Notes under the pieces: generated by a model
Databases searched by the model: none
The model's input: only the letters and a program-made list of their open reading frames with translations
Told to the model about the DNA's origin: nothing
Made by a program: the position numbers and the translations under genes
NCBI GenBank assembly: GCA_964590255.1
Contig: CAZPYA010000003.1
Coordinates: forward strand, 14,094-78,093
Length of the DNA stretch: 64,000 bases
Direction of reading: 5' to 3'
Origin: an uncultured bacterium
GTDB taxonomy: Bacteria > Armatimonadota > Hebobacteria > CAIYQO01
Shown here: positions 1 to 9,207 of the stretch, piece by piece
How positions within the stretch are numbered: the first letter of the stretch is position 1
Layout of the letters: every line of letters begins with the position of its first letter

Positions 1-1651
1 GGGGGTGGTAGAGGGCGCCGTCGGCGGGGGTGGGGGTGTATTCCAGGCGGAATTTCACCGTCATGCCGAAGCCGGTGCCGAGCTCGTCGTAGGGCATGCG
101 GAAGATCCACACCGTGCCGGTGCCGTGGTGCACGGGGCGGCCCACCACCGCGGCGATGGCGGGCAGCGGGTCGCCGGGCGCGCCGTCGTTCAACGGCATC
201 ACCACCGGTTTGCCCCCTTCCGCGCCCGGGCCGGCGGCGCTCACCTGCAGATCCAGGTAGGGAGATTCCGCTTCCGATTGCAGCTTGCCGTCATTGTTGC
301 CGTCGAAGGTGATGACCATGCGCGCGTCTTTGGCGGCCTGTTCGTCCACGCCCACGGCAATGAGCAGACTGCTTGCGCCGCGGATGACGGTGAGCGTGCC
401 GTTGTGCTTACGGACACCGTCGCCGTATTCGATGATTTTCCGGTATTTCAGCAGCAGCGAGAAGTAGCGCTTAATCTCGGGATCGCTGGCGGGCGGCGGC
501 GCCGTTTCTTCGCTCGGGGCAGGCACGACGCGCTCCGGCTGCGGCATGGGCGGCTGCGTGGTGGCGCTGCCGCCGGCGTTCGGGTCGGCGGGCGGCGCGG
601 GTGTTTCGTCGGCGGGCGTGGGCGTGGGTGGCGCGATGGCGCCGTCGCCGGGGTCCATGGGGGCGTCGTCGTCGCCGGGATTCACCACCAGTGCGATCAC
701 CGGGGGCAGCGGCGCGTCAGCCTGCGCCGGCGCTGCGGACATGCGGCCGGTATTGGGGGTGGGGGCGATGACGCCGGCCGGCGCCTTCGCCTTGCCGCGG
801 ATGAGCATCGAACCGGCCAGCCCGCCGACCACCACCGCGGCCAGCAGCCCGACGGCCGCCAGCGCCAGCGACACCCGCACCCGCGGAGCGCGTTTGGACG
901 CGGCCATGCCGCGCGGCGAGGTGAGGTGGTTGATGGGCCGCTGCGTCACGCCCCACACCGTCATCGGGGTGGCGATGCCGCGGATGGGCAACTCGTCCCA
1001 GGACTGCCACTGCAGCTCTTCATTGTCGCCGATGATGAGGCGGGCGTTGTCGTAGACGGGCGGCGACATATAGGTTTGCCCGGGGCCGCCCAGGTCGCAG
1101 AGGCGGCAGGCGATATTCACGTTATGGCCGAAGACATCGCGCGAGGTGCGGCCGCCGCGGGTGACGATGCCCAGGTGCAGGCCGATATGCACCCGGTGCT
1201 GCATGTCGTGCGCGCCGGGGGTGCGCTTCAGCCCGCGCGCCTGAATGGCGGCGAGGACGTCGGCATCCTGTAGGATGCCCTGGTAGTAGCGGAACACCGC
1301 CTCGTGAATGCGCAGCGCGCACTCCACCGCGGTGGCGGGGTTAGCGAAGACGATGAGGATGCCGTCGCCGGCGGTGTTGACGATCTCGCCGGACTGGTCG
1401 CGCTCGATGAGCGGCTGCACGATGGCGGCGTGCAGGGCGAGGATGCGCTGTGATTCGCTGAGGCTGGCGTTGGCGACGGTGGTGAAGCCGCTGACGTCGC
1501 AGAACATCACGCATAACAGCTCGGTGTGCGTGCTGAGGCGATACCGTTCGACCCGATCCAGCTCCTCCTCGGAGAGGTTCAGGTAGTTATGACACTCCAT
1601 GCAGACCAGCTCGGTATCCGGCTGCTCCGCGCCGCACGACGGACAACGCAT
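1..1651 (-). CDS. Class III adenylate/guanylate cyclase with N-terminal zinc ribbon, one TM helix, Pro-rich linker and extracytoplasmic C-terminal domain (3' end runs off the window)
   Basis: Translated by hand; not in the ORF track because it has no stop in the window. AGGAG RBS then ATG at 1651: MRCPSCGAEQPDTELVCMEC (CxxC...CxxC), MFCDVSGFT, VNTAGDG, HIGLHLG, RDVFGHNVNIACRL (class III cyclase motifs), hydrophobic VSLALAAVGLLAAVVVGGLAGSMLI. Frame open to position 2. Confidence 0.88.
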   Translation of the reverse strand, partial: MRCPSCGAEQPDTELVCMECHNYLNLSEEELDRVERYRLSTHTELLCVMFCDVSGFTTVANASLSESQRILALHAAIVQPLIERDQSGEIVNTAGDGILIVFANPATAVECALRIHEAVFRYYQGILQDADVLAAIQARGLKRTPGAHDMQHRVHIGLHLGIVTRGGRTSRDVFGHNVNIACRLCDLGGPGQTYMSPPVYDNARLIIGDNEELQWQSWDELPIRGIATPMTVWGVTQRPINHLTSPRGMAASKRAPRVRVSLALAAVGLLAAVVVGGLAGSMLIRGKAKAPAGVIAPTPNTGRMSAAPAQADAPLPPVIALVVNPGDDDAPMDPGDGAIAPPTPTPADETPAPPADPNAGGSATTQPPMPQPERVVPAPSEETAPPPASDPEIKRYFSLLLKYRKIIEYGDGVRKHNGTLTVIRGASSLLIAVGVDEQAAKDARMVITFDGNNDGKLQSEAESPYLDLQVSAAGPGAEGGKPVVMPLNDGAPGDPLPAIAAVVGRPVHHGTGTVWIFRMPYDELGTGFGMTVKFRLEYTPTPADGALYHP

Positions 1652-1829
1652 CAGGGGGTCTCCTGCGTCGGCGAACCAGACAGCGGTTCCATATATATCA
1701 TACCGCCTTTTCCCCGATTCGGCGAGGAATGACACGCAAATTGTGTGATTTTCAGCAACGGCAGGAATCTTATGCCATTGACGCGTACTTACCAGGGAAC
1801 GGTTTAAACGATTACACGAGGAGCACGAC

Positions 1830-3464
1830 ATGACGGCACTGCGGGTACGAAACGACGCTGGGGAGATTGGCGCACTGACATCTATCGTGGAGCGCACGCT
1901 GTGCGAACGCTGCGGCATCGCCGTCGACTGGGTGACGGACGGCGCCACCCTGACGCTGGCGCTGCAGCCCGGCATCGGCACGGAAGGCTATGCCATCGAA
2001 GACACGCCGGACGGCGTGCGAGTGGCGGGCAACGACCTGCGCGGTCTGCGCGCGGGGGTGGGCAACCTGTTGCACGGGGCGCGCTATGCGCCGGGCGCCT
2101 TCACGCCGGGGCCATGGCGAGGCGCCAGCGTGCCGCAGTGCGCGGTGCGGGGCATGTATTGCGCCTTTAACTTCCACAACTGGTACGCTGACTGCCCGCG
2201 GCCGCTGCTGCGGCGCTACCTGGAAGAACTGTCGCTGTGGGGGTTCAACGCTATCTTCTTCAGCGTGCATTACCCGAATCCCGACGACCCGGCGGCATTC
2301 CAGCAGCACATCGCTGCCACCCGCGAGGTGGTGGCGCTCACCCACGACGCGGGGCTGGCGGTGGGGTTCCTCTCCTGCCCGAACTGCGGCCTCCCCGGTA
2401 TTCCGGGGGCATGGGCGGCGGTCGACGTGCCGGACACTGACCCCGCGCGCCGCGGCAATGTCAACCCGCGCATCTGCCCCAGTCAGCCGGGGGCGATGGC
2501 ATGGCTGGAGGGACGCTACGAGGCCTACTTTACCGGCTACGACGACCTGGGGCTGGACTACGTCTCCACCTTCCCCTACGACGCCGGCGGGTGTGGCTGC
2601 CCGGACTGCTGGCCGTGGGGGGTGAAGGGATTCGTGGAGATTTCCAGACTCTTCTTCGCCGTGGCACGGCGGCACTTCCCGGCGTGCCAGCGCGTGTTGG
2701 CGACATGGTGCTACGACGCGCTGGGTGAGCACGAGGGGGAATACGCCGGCCTGGACCGCCTGCTGCGCGACGACGCGAGCTGGGTGGACTACCTGATGAT
2801 CGACGCGCATGAGGATTTCCCGCGCTGGCCGCTGGAGCACGGCGCGCCGGGCGGGCTGCCGGCGGTGAATTTCGCCGAGATCACCATGTGGGGCCGCTAC
2901 CCGTGGGGCGGCAGCGGCGCCAACCCGCTGCCCGCGCGTTTCGAGCGGCTGTGGCGGCAGGGGAAGGGGATGATGCACGGCGGCTTCCCCTACTCGGAGG
3001 GCATCTTCGAGGACATCAACAAGGTGCTGACCGGGCATTTCTACTGGGACAAGGAAGCGTCCGCCGAAGAGGCGGTGCGCGCCTACGTCGCCTACGAGTT
3101 CAGTCCCGACGTGGTAGACGAAGTCACCGAGGCCATCTACCTGCTGGAGCGGACCTACCCGGCGGAGACGCGCACGCCCGAAGACGTGCGCCGGGCGTGG
3201 GCGCTGCTGGAAGCGGCGGATGCGAAACTGCCCGATTACGCCCGCACCGGCTGGCGCTGGCGCATCCTCTACCTGCGCGCGCTCATCGACGTCGAGGAAT
3301 TGGCGCACGGCGAATTGACCGACCGCGCCGACGCCGCGTTGGAAGAGCTTATCGCCATCTACTGCGCGGAAAACGCCGGCGGCCCGGTGCTGCCGAAGTC
3401 GCGCCGGGTGCGCGAGCTGCGGGCACAGGAAGAGCAGGAGTCGCCGCCGCCGGGGGCGATGTAA
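1830..3464 (+). CDS. Putative glycoside hydrolase-like protein (GH20/GH67-type N-terminal domain plus TIM-barrel-like domain)
   Basis: GAGGAG RBS. N-terminal GIGTEGYAIEDTPDGVRVAGNDLRGLRAGVGNLL resembles the GH20 domain-2 pattern EGY.l.......i.g.d.rG...Gv..L. Family assignment is uncertain. Confidence 0.6.
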   Translation: MTALRVRNDAGEIGALTSIVERTLCERCGIAVDWVTDGATLTLALQPGIGTEGYAIEDTPDGVRVAGNDLRGLRAGVGNLLHGARYAPGAFTPGPWRGASVPQCAVRGMYCAFNFHNWYADCPRPLLRRYLEELSLWGFNAIFFSVHYPNPDDPAAFQQHIAATREVVALTHDAGLAVGFLSCPNCGLPGIPGAWAAVDVPDTDPARRGNVNPRICPSQPGAMAWLEGRYEAYFTGYDDLGLDYVSTFPYDAGGCGCPDCWPWGVKGFVEISRLFFAVARRHFPACQRVLATWCYDALGEHEGEYAGLDRLLRDDASWVDYLMIDAHEDFPRWPLEHGAPGGLPAVNFAEITMWGRYPWGGSGANPLPARFERLWRQGKGMMHGGFPYSEGIFEDINKVLTGHFYWDKEASAEEAVRAYVAYEFSPDVVDEVTEAIYLLERTYPAETRTPEDVRRAWALLEAADAKLPDYARTGWRWRILYLRALIDVEELAHGELTDRADAALEELIAIYCAENAGGPVLPKSRRVRELRAQEEQESPPPGAM

Positions 3465-3475
3465 AATCCGGGTGG

Positions 3476-3588
3476 GCGAGCGTCCTCGCGAGCCGACTCC
3501 GGGTGGATGATTGGTATGTCGTGTTCGACTATACAGTGATCACGACGGCTAAAATTCCCACCCGGAGTCGGCTCGCGAGGACGCTCGC
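3476..3588. repeat. REP doublet: perfect 31-bp inverted repeat
   Basis: GCGAGCGTCCTCGCGAGCCGACTCCGGGTGG (3476-3506) and its exact reverse complement (3558-3588), between convergent genes. The left arm is preceded by GTGG and contains the short palindrome GCGAG-CGTC-CTCGC. Confidence 0.9.
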
Positions 3589-3615
3589 TCGCCCATGCTT
3601 CAATACATTATATGC

Positions 3616-5664
3616 TCAATCCAAAAACACCGCTCCCGGCCCGATGAGCGTCTGGTCGTGGTGGTCGGGTTGCGAGGTCATCTGGATGCGCAGGGTGGCG
3701 GGGCCGGCGAAGCGGAACTGGAAGAGACGGTCGGCGGTCGCGGTGTGGCGGTAGACGACCGTTTCGGCGCTGCCGTCGGCGGCAATGAGCGAGACGCGGG
3801 CGTTGGCGGCGCCGGTGCGGCAGGCGGGCATGAGCAGGGTGAGGCGGTGCTCGTTGTCATCGGCGGGTTGGATAACCAGCTCACCGATGCCGCCGCTGCC
3901 GGGATACGGCAGGCTGCCATACGCGGCCTTACCGGTGTTGACATCAGCCACGCCGTTGACGGTGAACGCGGTGAAGCCGCCGACGGCATTATATGACCAG
4001 TGCATCGAGGTAAAGGAGCCGTCCTTCACCGTGTCGGCGAAGGGGGCGCGGATGACTTTCGTCGGGGTGGCGACCTCGCCGGTCTTCAGCGACGCGGACG
4101 GCGCCTTTTTCTGCCAGTTCCACAGTACGTAGCCGCCGCGGCCGACCTCCTTCACCGGCAGGCCGTCGAAGGTCGCCGCCGGGCCGTCGGCGGTGGAGAT
4201 GGCCACCACTTGCGGTTTGGTGATGGTCGCGGCGCCCGCCAGCAGCGGCAGCGCGGCGGGATCACGCACCGGATTGGCCGTGATGACGACGGGCATGTCC
4301 TGGAAGAGCGCGGAGACGGGGCTGGCGCATTCCATGGCGCCGGTGAGGCCGGTCGCGCGGGCCATCGCCCAGGCAGCGCCGGCCAGTTTCTCGGCGTCGG
4401 TCGCCGGCTGCATTTCCAGATAGGTGAAGCGCTCCTTCGAATTGTACGGGCGCATGGTCGGCAGCGACCACCGCGCGGTGTAGCGGCCGTCGGCGCCCTT
4501 CACCGCCGGTACGGCGACCCATTTCCAGGTGTCGGAGGTGGGGCCGGTCGGGCCGCGGTCGGGATCGATCTCGTATGACGTGGTGACGAAGAACTCAAGC
4601 TTGCCGGGCGCCTCGCCGCGCACCGCCGCCGATGCCACCGCCTCCCGCCCGTCAATCGTCACTGTCACGTCGTTGATGGCCGGACGGCTGCCCTTCCCCT
4701 TCAGCACTTCGTCGAAGAAGAGCACCGTCTGCGGCAGGTTCCAGTAGCCGTGGCCCTCGTTCGGCCCGATGAGGAAGTGCTTGTTGGCGGGCATGGCGGC
4801 GAAGATGCGCATCGCCTTCGTCAGCCGGAAGGTGGGGTCGTTGGCGCCGACGGTGTAGAGGATGGGGCCGGGGCGCTTCGCCAGCGACAGGTAGGAGTCG
4901 AAGCGCGCGCGCCAGGCCCGGGCGTCGGCCTCCGTCCAGCCGCCGGGCAGCATGTTGTACGCCTCCTCTTTTAGGCCGAAATCGGAGGTGTAAACCTGCG
5001 GATTCACCGCCTTCACCCGCGGATCGATGCCGTAGAGCATGGAGGAGAAGATGCCGCCGTAGGAGGAGCCGAAGGCGCCGAGTTTCTCGCCGTCCACCTC
5101 CGGCTGCGCCAGCAGCCAGCTCACCCCGCGCTTCGCCGCCACCATCACCTGGTAATGCAAGCTATCTTTGAAGTCGTTCTCCTTCGACCAGTAGCCGGTT
5201 CTGGCAAAATTGAGCGCGCCGTAGTGGGTGAAGCGGCGGGGCACATCGGGCTTATTCGGATCGTAGTCGGGTGTCGGCTTGAAATCCCAGTCATAAAAGA
5301 GCGTGCAGTAGCCGGCGGTGGCGAAGGTGCGGATGACCGGCCAGTACCACGAGGCGGCGGTGCCGCGGGTGCCGGTGTCGGCGCCGTGGGTGGCGATAAT
5401 GGCGGGCGCCTTGTGTGCGGCGTCTACGCCGTCGGGCACCGCATACACCGCGTGCACCCGCACCGGCTGGCCCTTGTAAACGAGGCTGGTGTAGAGGAAT
5501 TCCGTCCACCGCCACCCCTGCTCCTGCTTCGTCTCGATCACCTGCACGTCATACGGCAGGTCTGCCGGTTCGGCAAAATAGTCCGCCGGCACCGCCGGCT
5601 CCTCGGCATGCGCCATGAGAGCCAGCAGCAGGATAGCCAACAACAGCACAGGGGTAAACGACAT
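3616..5664 (-). CDS. Secreted alpha/beta-hydrolase (acetyl-xylan-esterase/dienelactone-hydrolase-like) with C-terminal domain(s) of unknown function
   Basis: True start taken as ATG 5664 (MSFTPVLLLAILLLALMAHAEE signal peptide). Nucleophile elbow FGSSYGG, acid GANDPTF, His NEGHGYW. The track ORF extension to 6351 overlaps the divergent gene. Confidence 0.75.
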   Translation of the reverse strand: MSFTPVLLLAILLLALMAHAEEPAVPADYFAEPADLPYDVQVIETKQEQGWRWTEFLYTSLVYKGQPVRVHAVYAVPDGVDAAHKAPAIIATHGADTGTRGTAASWYWPVIRTFATAGYCTLFYDWDFKPTPDYDPNKPDVPRRFTHYGALNFARTGYWSKENDFKDSLHYQVMVAAKRGVSWLLAQPEVDGEKLGAFGSSYGGIFSSMLYGIDPRVKAVNPQVYTSDFGLKEEAYNMLPGGWTEADARAWRARFDSYLSLAKRPGPILYTVGANDPTFRLTKAMRIFAAMPANKHFLIGPNEGHGYWNLPQTVLFFDEVLKGKGSRPAINDVTVTIDGREAVASAAVRGEAPGKLEFFVTTSYEIDPDRGPTGPTSDTWKWVAVPAVKGADGRYTARWSLPTMRPYNSKERFTYLEMQPATDAEKLAGAAWAMARATGLTGAMECASPVSALFQDMPVVITANPVRDPAALPLLAGAATITKPQVVAISTADGPAATFDGLPVKEVGRGGYVLWNWQKKAPSASLKTGEVATPTKVIRAPFADTVKDGSFTSMHWSYNAVGGFTAFTVNGVADVNTGKAAYGSLPYPGSGGIGELVIQPADDNEHRLTLLMPACRTGAANARVSLIAADGSAETVVYRHTATADRLFQFRFAGPATLRIQMTSQPDHHDQTLIGPGAVFLD

Positions 5665-5730
5665 GGCGGATAGCCTCCGATGGGTGGATGATTCAGCGAA
5701 GGGAGAGGGAAGTCCTGCCGGGGGGCGAAG

Positions 5731-7401
5731 ATGAGTCGCATGCAGATCTACCTGGCCGATGCCTTCACCAAAATCTGCCCCGATGGCGCGACCATTGGCG
5801 GGGCGCTGCAGCCGATTGGGGATGGCGTGCGGCTGTGCGGTGCCGGGGGCGAGGTGGTGTCGTTTCAGCTTGTGCTGGCGGCGGGGGACGTGTGCCTGGA
5901 CGAGGTGACGGTGGAGTGCGAGCCGCTGCGGGGAGAGGGCGGCGAAATCGGCGGCATCGAGGCGTGGCGCATCGGGTTCCTGCGGGCGCCGAGCGAACCG
6001 TCCACCGGGTGGCGGTCGGCGCGGTGGGTGTCTGATCCGCTCTTTCCGATGGAGTCGTTCCGCGTGGTGCATCGGGATGTGCAGCCGGTGTGGGTGAACA
6101 TGCGCATCCCGCGCGGGGTGTCCGGCGATTTTCGCGGCGTCTGCCGGGTGCGCGCTCGCGGGCAGGAGCCGGTCGAAATTCCCATCGCGATGCGTGTCTG
6201 GGGCTTCGACCTGCCGGCGGCGCCGACGCTGACGAACCTTTTCGACTTCGCCATCGGTGAGTTTTCCGGCGGCTTTCAGCAGGTGTATGGCCCGGTGGAC
6301 GGCGCGGGATTCCCCGCCTTCGCCCGCTTCATGCGCTACCTGCGCGACCACGGCATCAACGGATTATTCTACAACCACCCGCTGGTGAGCAGCGGCCTGC
6401 TGACCTTCAATGAGGCGGACGGCCATTTCCGCGCCGATCTGCGCCGCATCGGGCCGGTGCTCGACCTGCTGCGCGAATTGGGCATGGTCTTCAACCACTG
6501 GCCGGCGCCGGTGTGGCCCACGCACGAGATCTTCTTCGACATTTACACGGCCTTCGCGCCATTCAAAGATCTGGGCGCCGACGTTTACGCCGACCCGCGC
6601 TTCACCCGGGCACTGCTGGAGGTGGGCGAGGCGCTGGCGCGTGCCGTCGACCACGAGGGCTTCGCCTACCTGTACGACGAGCCGCACCTGCCCTGGCACG
6701 GTGACCAGTTGGCGGCGCTGTCGCGCGACTTCCGCGCCCGCTGCCCGCGCAGCCGGCAGATGAGCGCCATCGGCGATCCGGCGATGATCGCCCGCGTGCT
6801 GGACGAGGACCTGCCGGTCGACATCATCGTCGGCCACCTGTCGTTCTACCAGCCGGACCTGCACCGGCGCATTGTGGCGAGCGGGCGCGAGTTCTGGTGG
6901 TACACCAGCAACTGGTCGTCCTCGCATCTCTCCTTCTGGCTGGACGAGCCGATGCTGCATCACCGCCTGCTCTACTGGCTCACCTGGCGCTACGGCGTGC
7001 CGGCGTTGGGCTACTGGAACACCAGCGTGTGGAACTACCGCGAATACGGCTACGAAAACATCGACGCCGGCCGCCGCATGGAGTGGCCCTACGGCAACTG
7101 GAACGTGACCCCCACCGAAGCGTGGGGCCACGGCAACGCCGACGGCCAGCTCGTCTTCCCCGGCCCCGACGGCCCCATCGGCACGCTGCGCTGCGAAGCC
7201 ATCCGCCACGGCGTGCAGGACCACGCCTACCTCACTTTACTCTCGGCCGTCGCGCGGCACGACGATGCCTGCCGGGAGTTGGAAAAGGACATCCGGCGCG
7301 GTATCGGCACGCTAAAACGCCCGACCCGCCAGGCGGAGACGCTGGCCGGCCTGCGCGAGCGGATGGGGACGGCGCTGGAACAGGCACAATACACATCGTA
7401 G
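5731..7401 (+). CDS. DUF4091-domain glycoside hydrolase-like protein (GH123-like)
   Basis: N-terminal GEVVSFQLVL and VQPVWVNMRIP, RVWGFDLP, acid pair YLYDEP, C-terminal DGPIGTLRCEAIRHGVQDHAYL typical of DUF4091. Confidence 0.75.
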   Translation: MSRMQIYLADAFTKICPDGATIGGALQPIGDGVRLCGAGGEVVSFQLVLAAGDVCLDEVTVECEPLRGEGGEIGGIEAWRIGFLRAPSEPSTGWRSARWVSDPLFPMESFRVVHRDVQPVWVNMRIPRGVSGDFRGVCRVRARGQEPVEIPIAMRVWGFDLPAAPTLTNLFDFAIGEFSGGFQQVYGPVDGAGFPAFARFMRYLRDHGINGLFYNHPLVSSGLLTFNEADGHFRADLRRIGPVLDLLRELGMVFNHWPAPVWPTHEIFFDIYTAFAPFKDLGADVYADPRFTRALLEVGEALARAVDHEGFAYLYDEPHLPWHGDQLAALSRDFRARCPRSRQMSAIGDPAMIARVLDEDLPVDIIVGHLSFYQPDLHRRIVASGREFWWYTSNWSSSHLSFWLDEPMLHHRLLYWLTWRYGVPALGYWNTSVWNYREYGYENIDAGRRMEWPYGNWNVTPTEAWGHGNADGQLVFPGPDGPIGTLRCEAIRHGVQDHAYLTLLSAVARHDDACRELEKDIRRGIGTLKRPTRQAETLAGLRERMGTALEQAQYTS

Positions 7402-8429
7402 CGGCACAATGTAGCCGAAGGAGGACGATATGCCGGAGATCATTCGCTGGGAGGAACAAGTAAAAAACGGCGTTTACGAGCGCTATCTCTACGGCTTGCC
7501 GATCTTCGATACCAATGGTGTGCATGGCGTTGAAGATGCCATGGTGACATTTCTGCGTGCATTAGTGTCAGCCTATCCCTGCGCGGCGCAGATTGGTTTG
7601 ATGGCACTGGAGGGAGATGACCCGCGAGCGTTGTTTGCGCCGCTCAAAGAGGGGGTGGACTTTTTTCTTACACAGGTCGACAGTTATGCACTGGCAGAAT
7701 CTGGGTGTCTTCCGATCCGGAAGGCGGTTGCTTCTTCCCCCGTCTACCCGCATCCTTCTTCGATTTACCCTATGACGACACACGGTTACTGATCGACTAC
7801 CTTATTGGTTATGACCAGCCGATTCTTTATCTGAATGTCGACGGAGCTTATTTGCGCCAACTCGAAAACGTGTATCGTCATCCGCCGGCTTGTAATGGTT
7901 CTGCATACGATGATTGCTGGTGGGGTGAAGTGACGAAATGCATACCGCTCGGTCTACGCGGCGGAGGAGATGATGCGATGTATACCGTTTACACCCGAGA
8001 TCAGTCCTATTTCCATCTCCTTGATGCTCCGCTGACTGAAACGTGTGAAGCGATTCGCGCGACGCCCTGGTTTCATGAACATATGCACGAACTGCGCTGG
8101 TGGGATGAAGGAGATGGCCTGTCGCTTATGCTTCCAGAGGTTATCGAAGTGGAGAAGGCTGCGGAAGCACAACGCCAGGAGAACCAGCGCAAGATGGCAC
8201 AGCCGAATGAGGAGGATTAGTCGCAGGACTCACTCCCACTGTGCCGGAATATCTCGAGTAGAACGGAGTAAAAAACCGACCGTGACATCCTGCGTTCGCT
8301 GGCAGCGCGCATCTGCAGGTAGATGTCCCGGTGGGTGTAAGTATATCAGGCATTGCTTGCCGATGCGCCTTCACGATACTTTGCTCCGAAACGTCCGGTA
8401 CGGCTGGCGGAGACGCTGGCCGGCCTGCG
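7332..8429 (+). repeat. 24-bp perfect direct repeat (7332-7355 and 8406-8429) flanking a low-GC islet
   Basis: GGCGGAGACGCTGGCCGGCCTGCG in both places. Imperfect similarity extends about 20 nt upstream (KRPTRQAETLAGLRE vs KRPVRLAETLAGLRE*). Confidence 0.85.
7430..8220 (+). pseudogene. Hypothetical protein, apparently one gene split by a -1 frameshift (or two overlapping ORFs 7430-7792 and 7705-8220)
   Basis: GGAGG RBS before ATG 7430. The second frame is open from 7621 to TAG 8220 and has no good RBS/ATG of its own. Lines counted here are 43-50% GC. No recognisable family. Confidence 0.55.
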
Positions 8430-8579
8430 TGAATAGTTGAGGACGTCGGGTGGTAGTCTGGTCTGTTGTGTCTGACCATCGATCACTGCCTACTCGCCCG
8501 CCCGAGAAGGGATCGCATACCTCAACGCGAAACAGAGCGATGTGACACGCTCCCGGCTACTGCATGAAAGGTATTCGCC

Positions 8580-9149
8580 ATGACCGCACGTTGCGCGCTG
8601 ATTATCATCGACATGCAGAACGATTTCGTCCTGCCCGGGGCGCCGGCGTGCGTGGCGGGGGCGGCGGCGACGGTGCCGGCGATTCGCCGTTTGCTGGAGG
8701 ATTTTCGTGCCCGTGCGTGGCCGGTCTTTCAGGTGGTGCGAGAATACCGGGCGGACGGCAGCGACATCGAGTTGCCGCGGCTGCCTGGCTTTCAACGGCA
8801 ACCGTACCTGGTGCCGGGTACGCCCGGCGGCGAGATCGTCGCCGAACTCGCGCCGCTACCGGGCGAGTACCGCGTCGTAAAAAACCGCTTCAGCGCCTTC
8901 ATGCTCACCGAGCTGGACCTGATGCTGTGCCGGTTGGGCGTCGCTGATGTGGTGATCTGCGGCACGCAGTATCCGAACTGCATCAGGGCGAGCATCTTCG
9001 ATGCGGTAGCGCTGGGCTACCGGGTGACGAACGTGACCGACGCCACCTCGGCGCAAACCCCGGAGGTCGCCGCCGCCAACATCCGCGACATCGCGCATAT
9101 TGGCGTCCAGTGCGTCACGCTGGACGCTTACCTCGCCGATCCTTCGTAG
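8580..9149 (+). CDS. Cysteine hydrolase, isochorismatase family
   Basis: ALIIIDMQNDF, VKNRFSAF, GTQYPNCIRAS (Asp-Lys-Cys triad). Confidence 0.92.
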   Translation: MTARCALIIIDMQNDFVLPGAPACVAGAAATVPAIRRLLEDFRARAWPVFQVVREYRADGSDIELPRLPGFQRQPYLVPGTPGGEIVAELAPLPGEYRVVKNRFSAFMLTELDLMLCRLGVADVVICGTQYPNCIRASIFDAVALGYRVTNVTDATSAQTPEVAAANIRDIAHIGVQCVTLDAYLADPS

Positions 9150-9172
9150 CAAACTGCTTGTGGCGTTCCGCA

Positions 9173-9200
9173 GTGGGCGGGCGAGGACGCTCGCGCGCCC
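9173..9200. repeat. Single REP copy of the GCGAGCGTCCTCGC family
   Basis: GCGAGGACGCTCGC at 9181-9194 is identical to the core of the 3558-3588 arm; lies between convergent genes. Confidence 0.65.
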
Positions 9201-9207
9201 GGCGGTG

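Noticed and set aside
5-1273. 422-aa plus-strand ORF, and similar long ORFs at 1812-3308, 10444-12687, 35030-36139, 48128-49567 and 51813-53672
   Set aside because: Antisense shadows of real genes; Arg/Ala/Gly/His-rich with no motifs, as expected in GC-rich DNA.
5665-6351. N-terminal extension of the 911-aa track ORF
   Set aside because: Overlaps the divergent DUF4091 gene; a signal peptide starts at ATG 5664.
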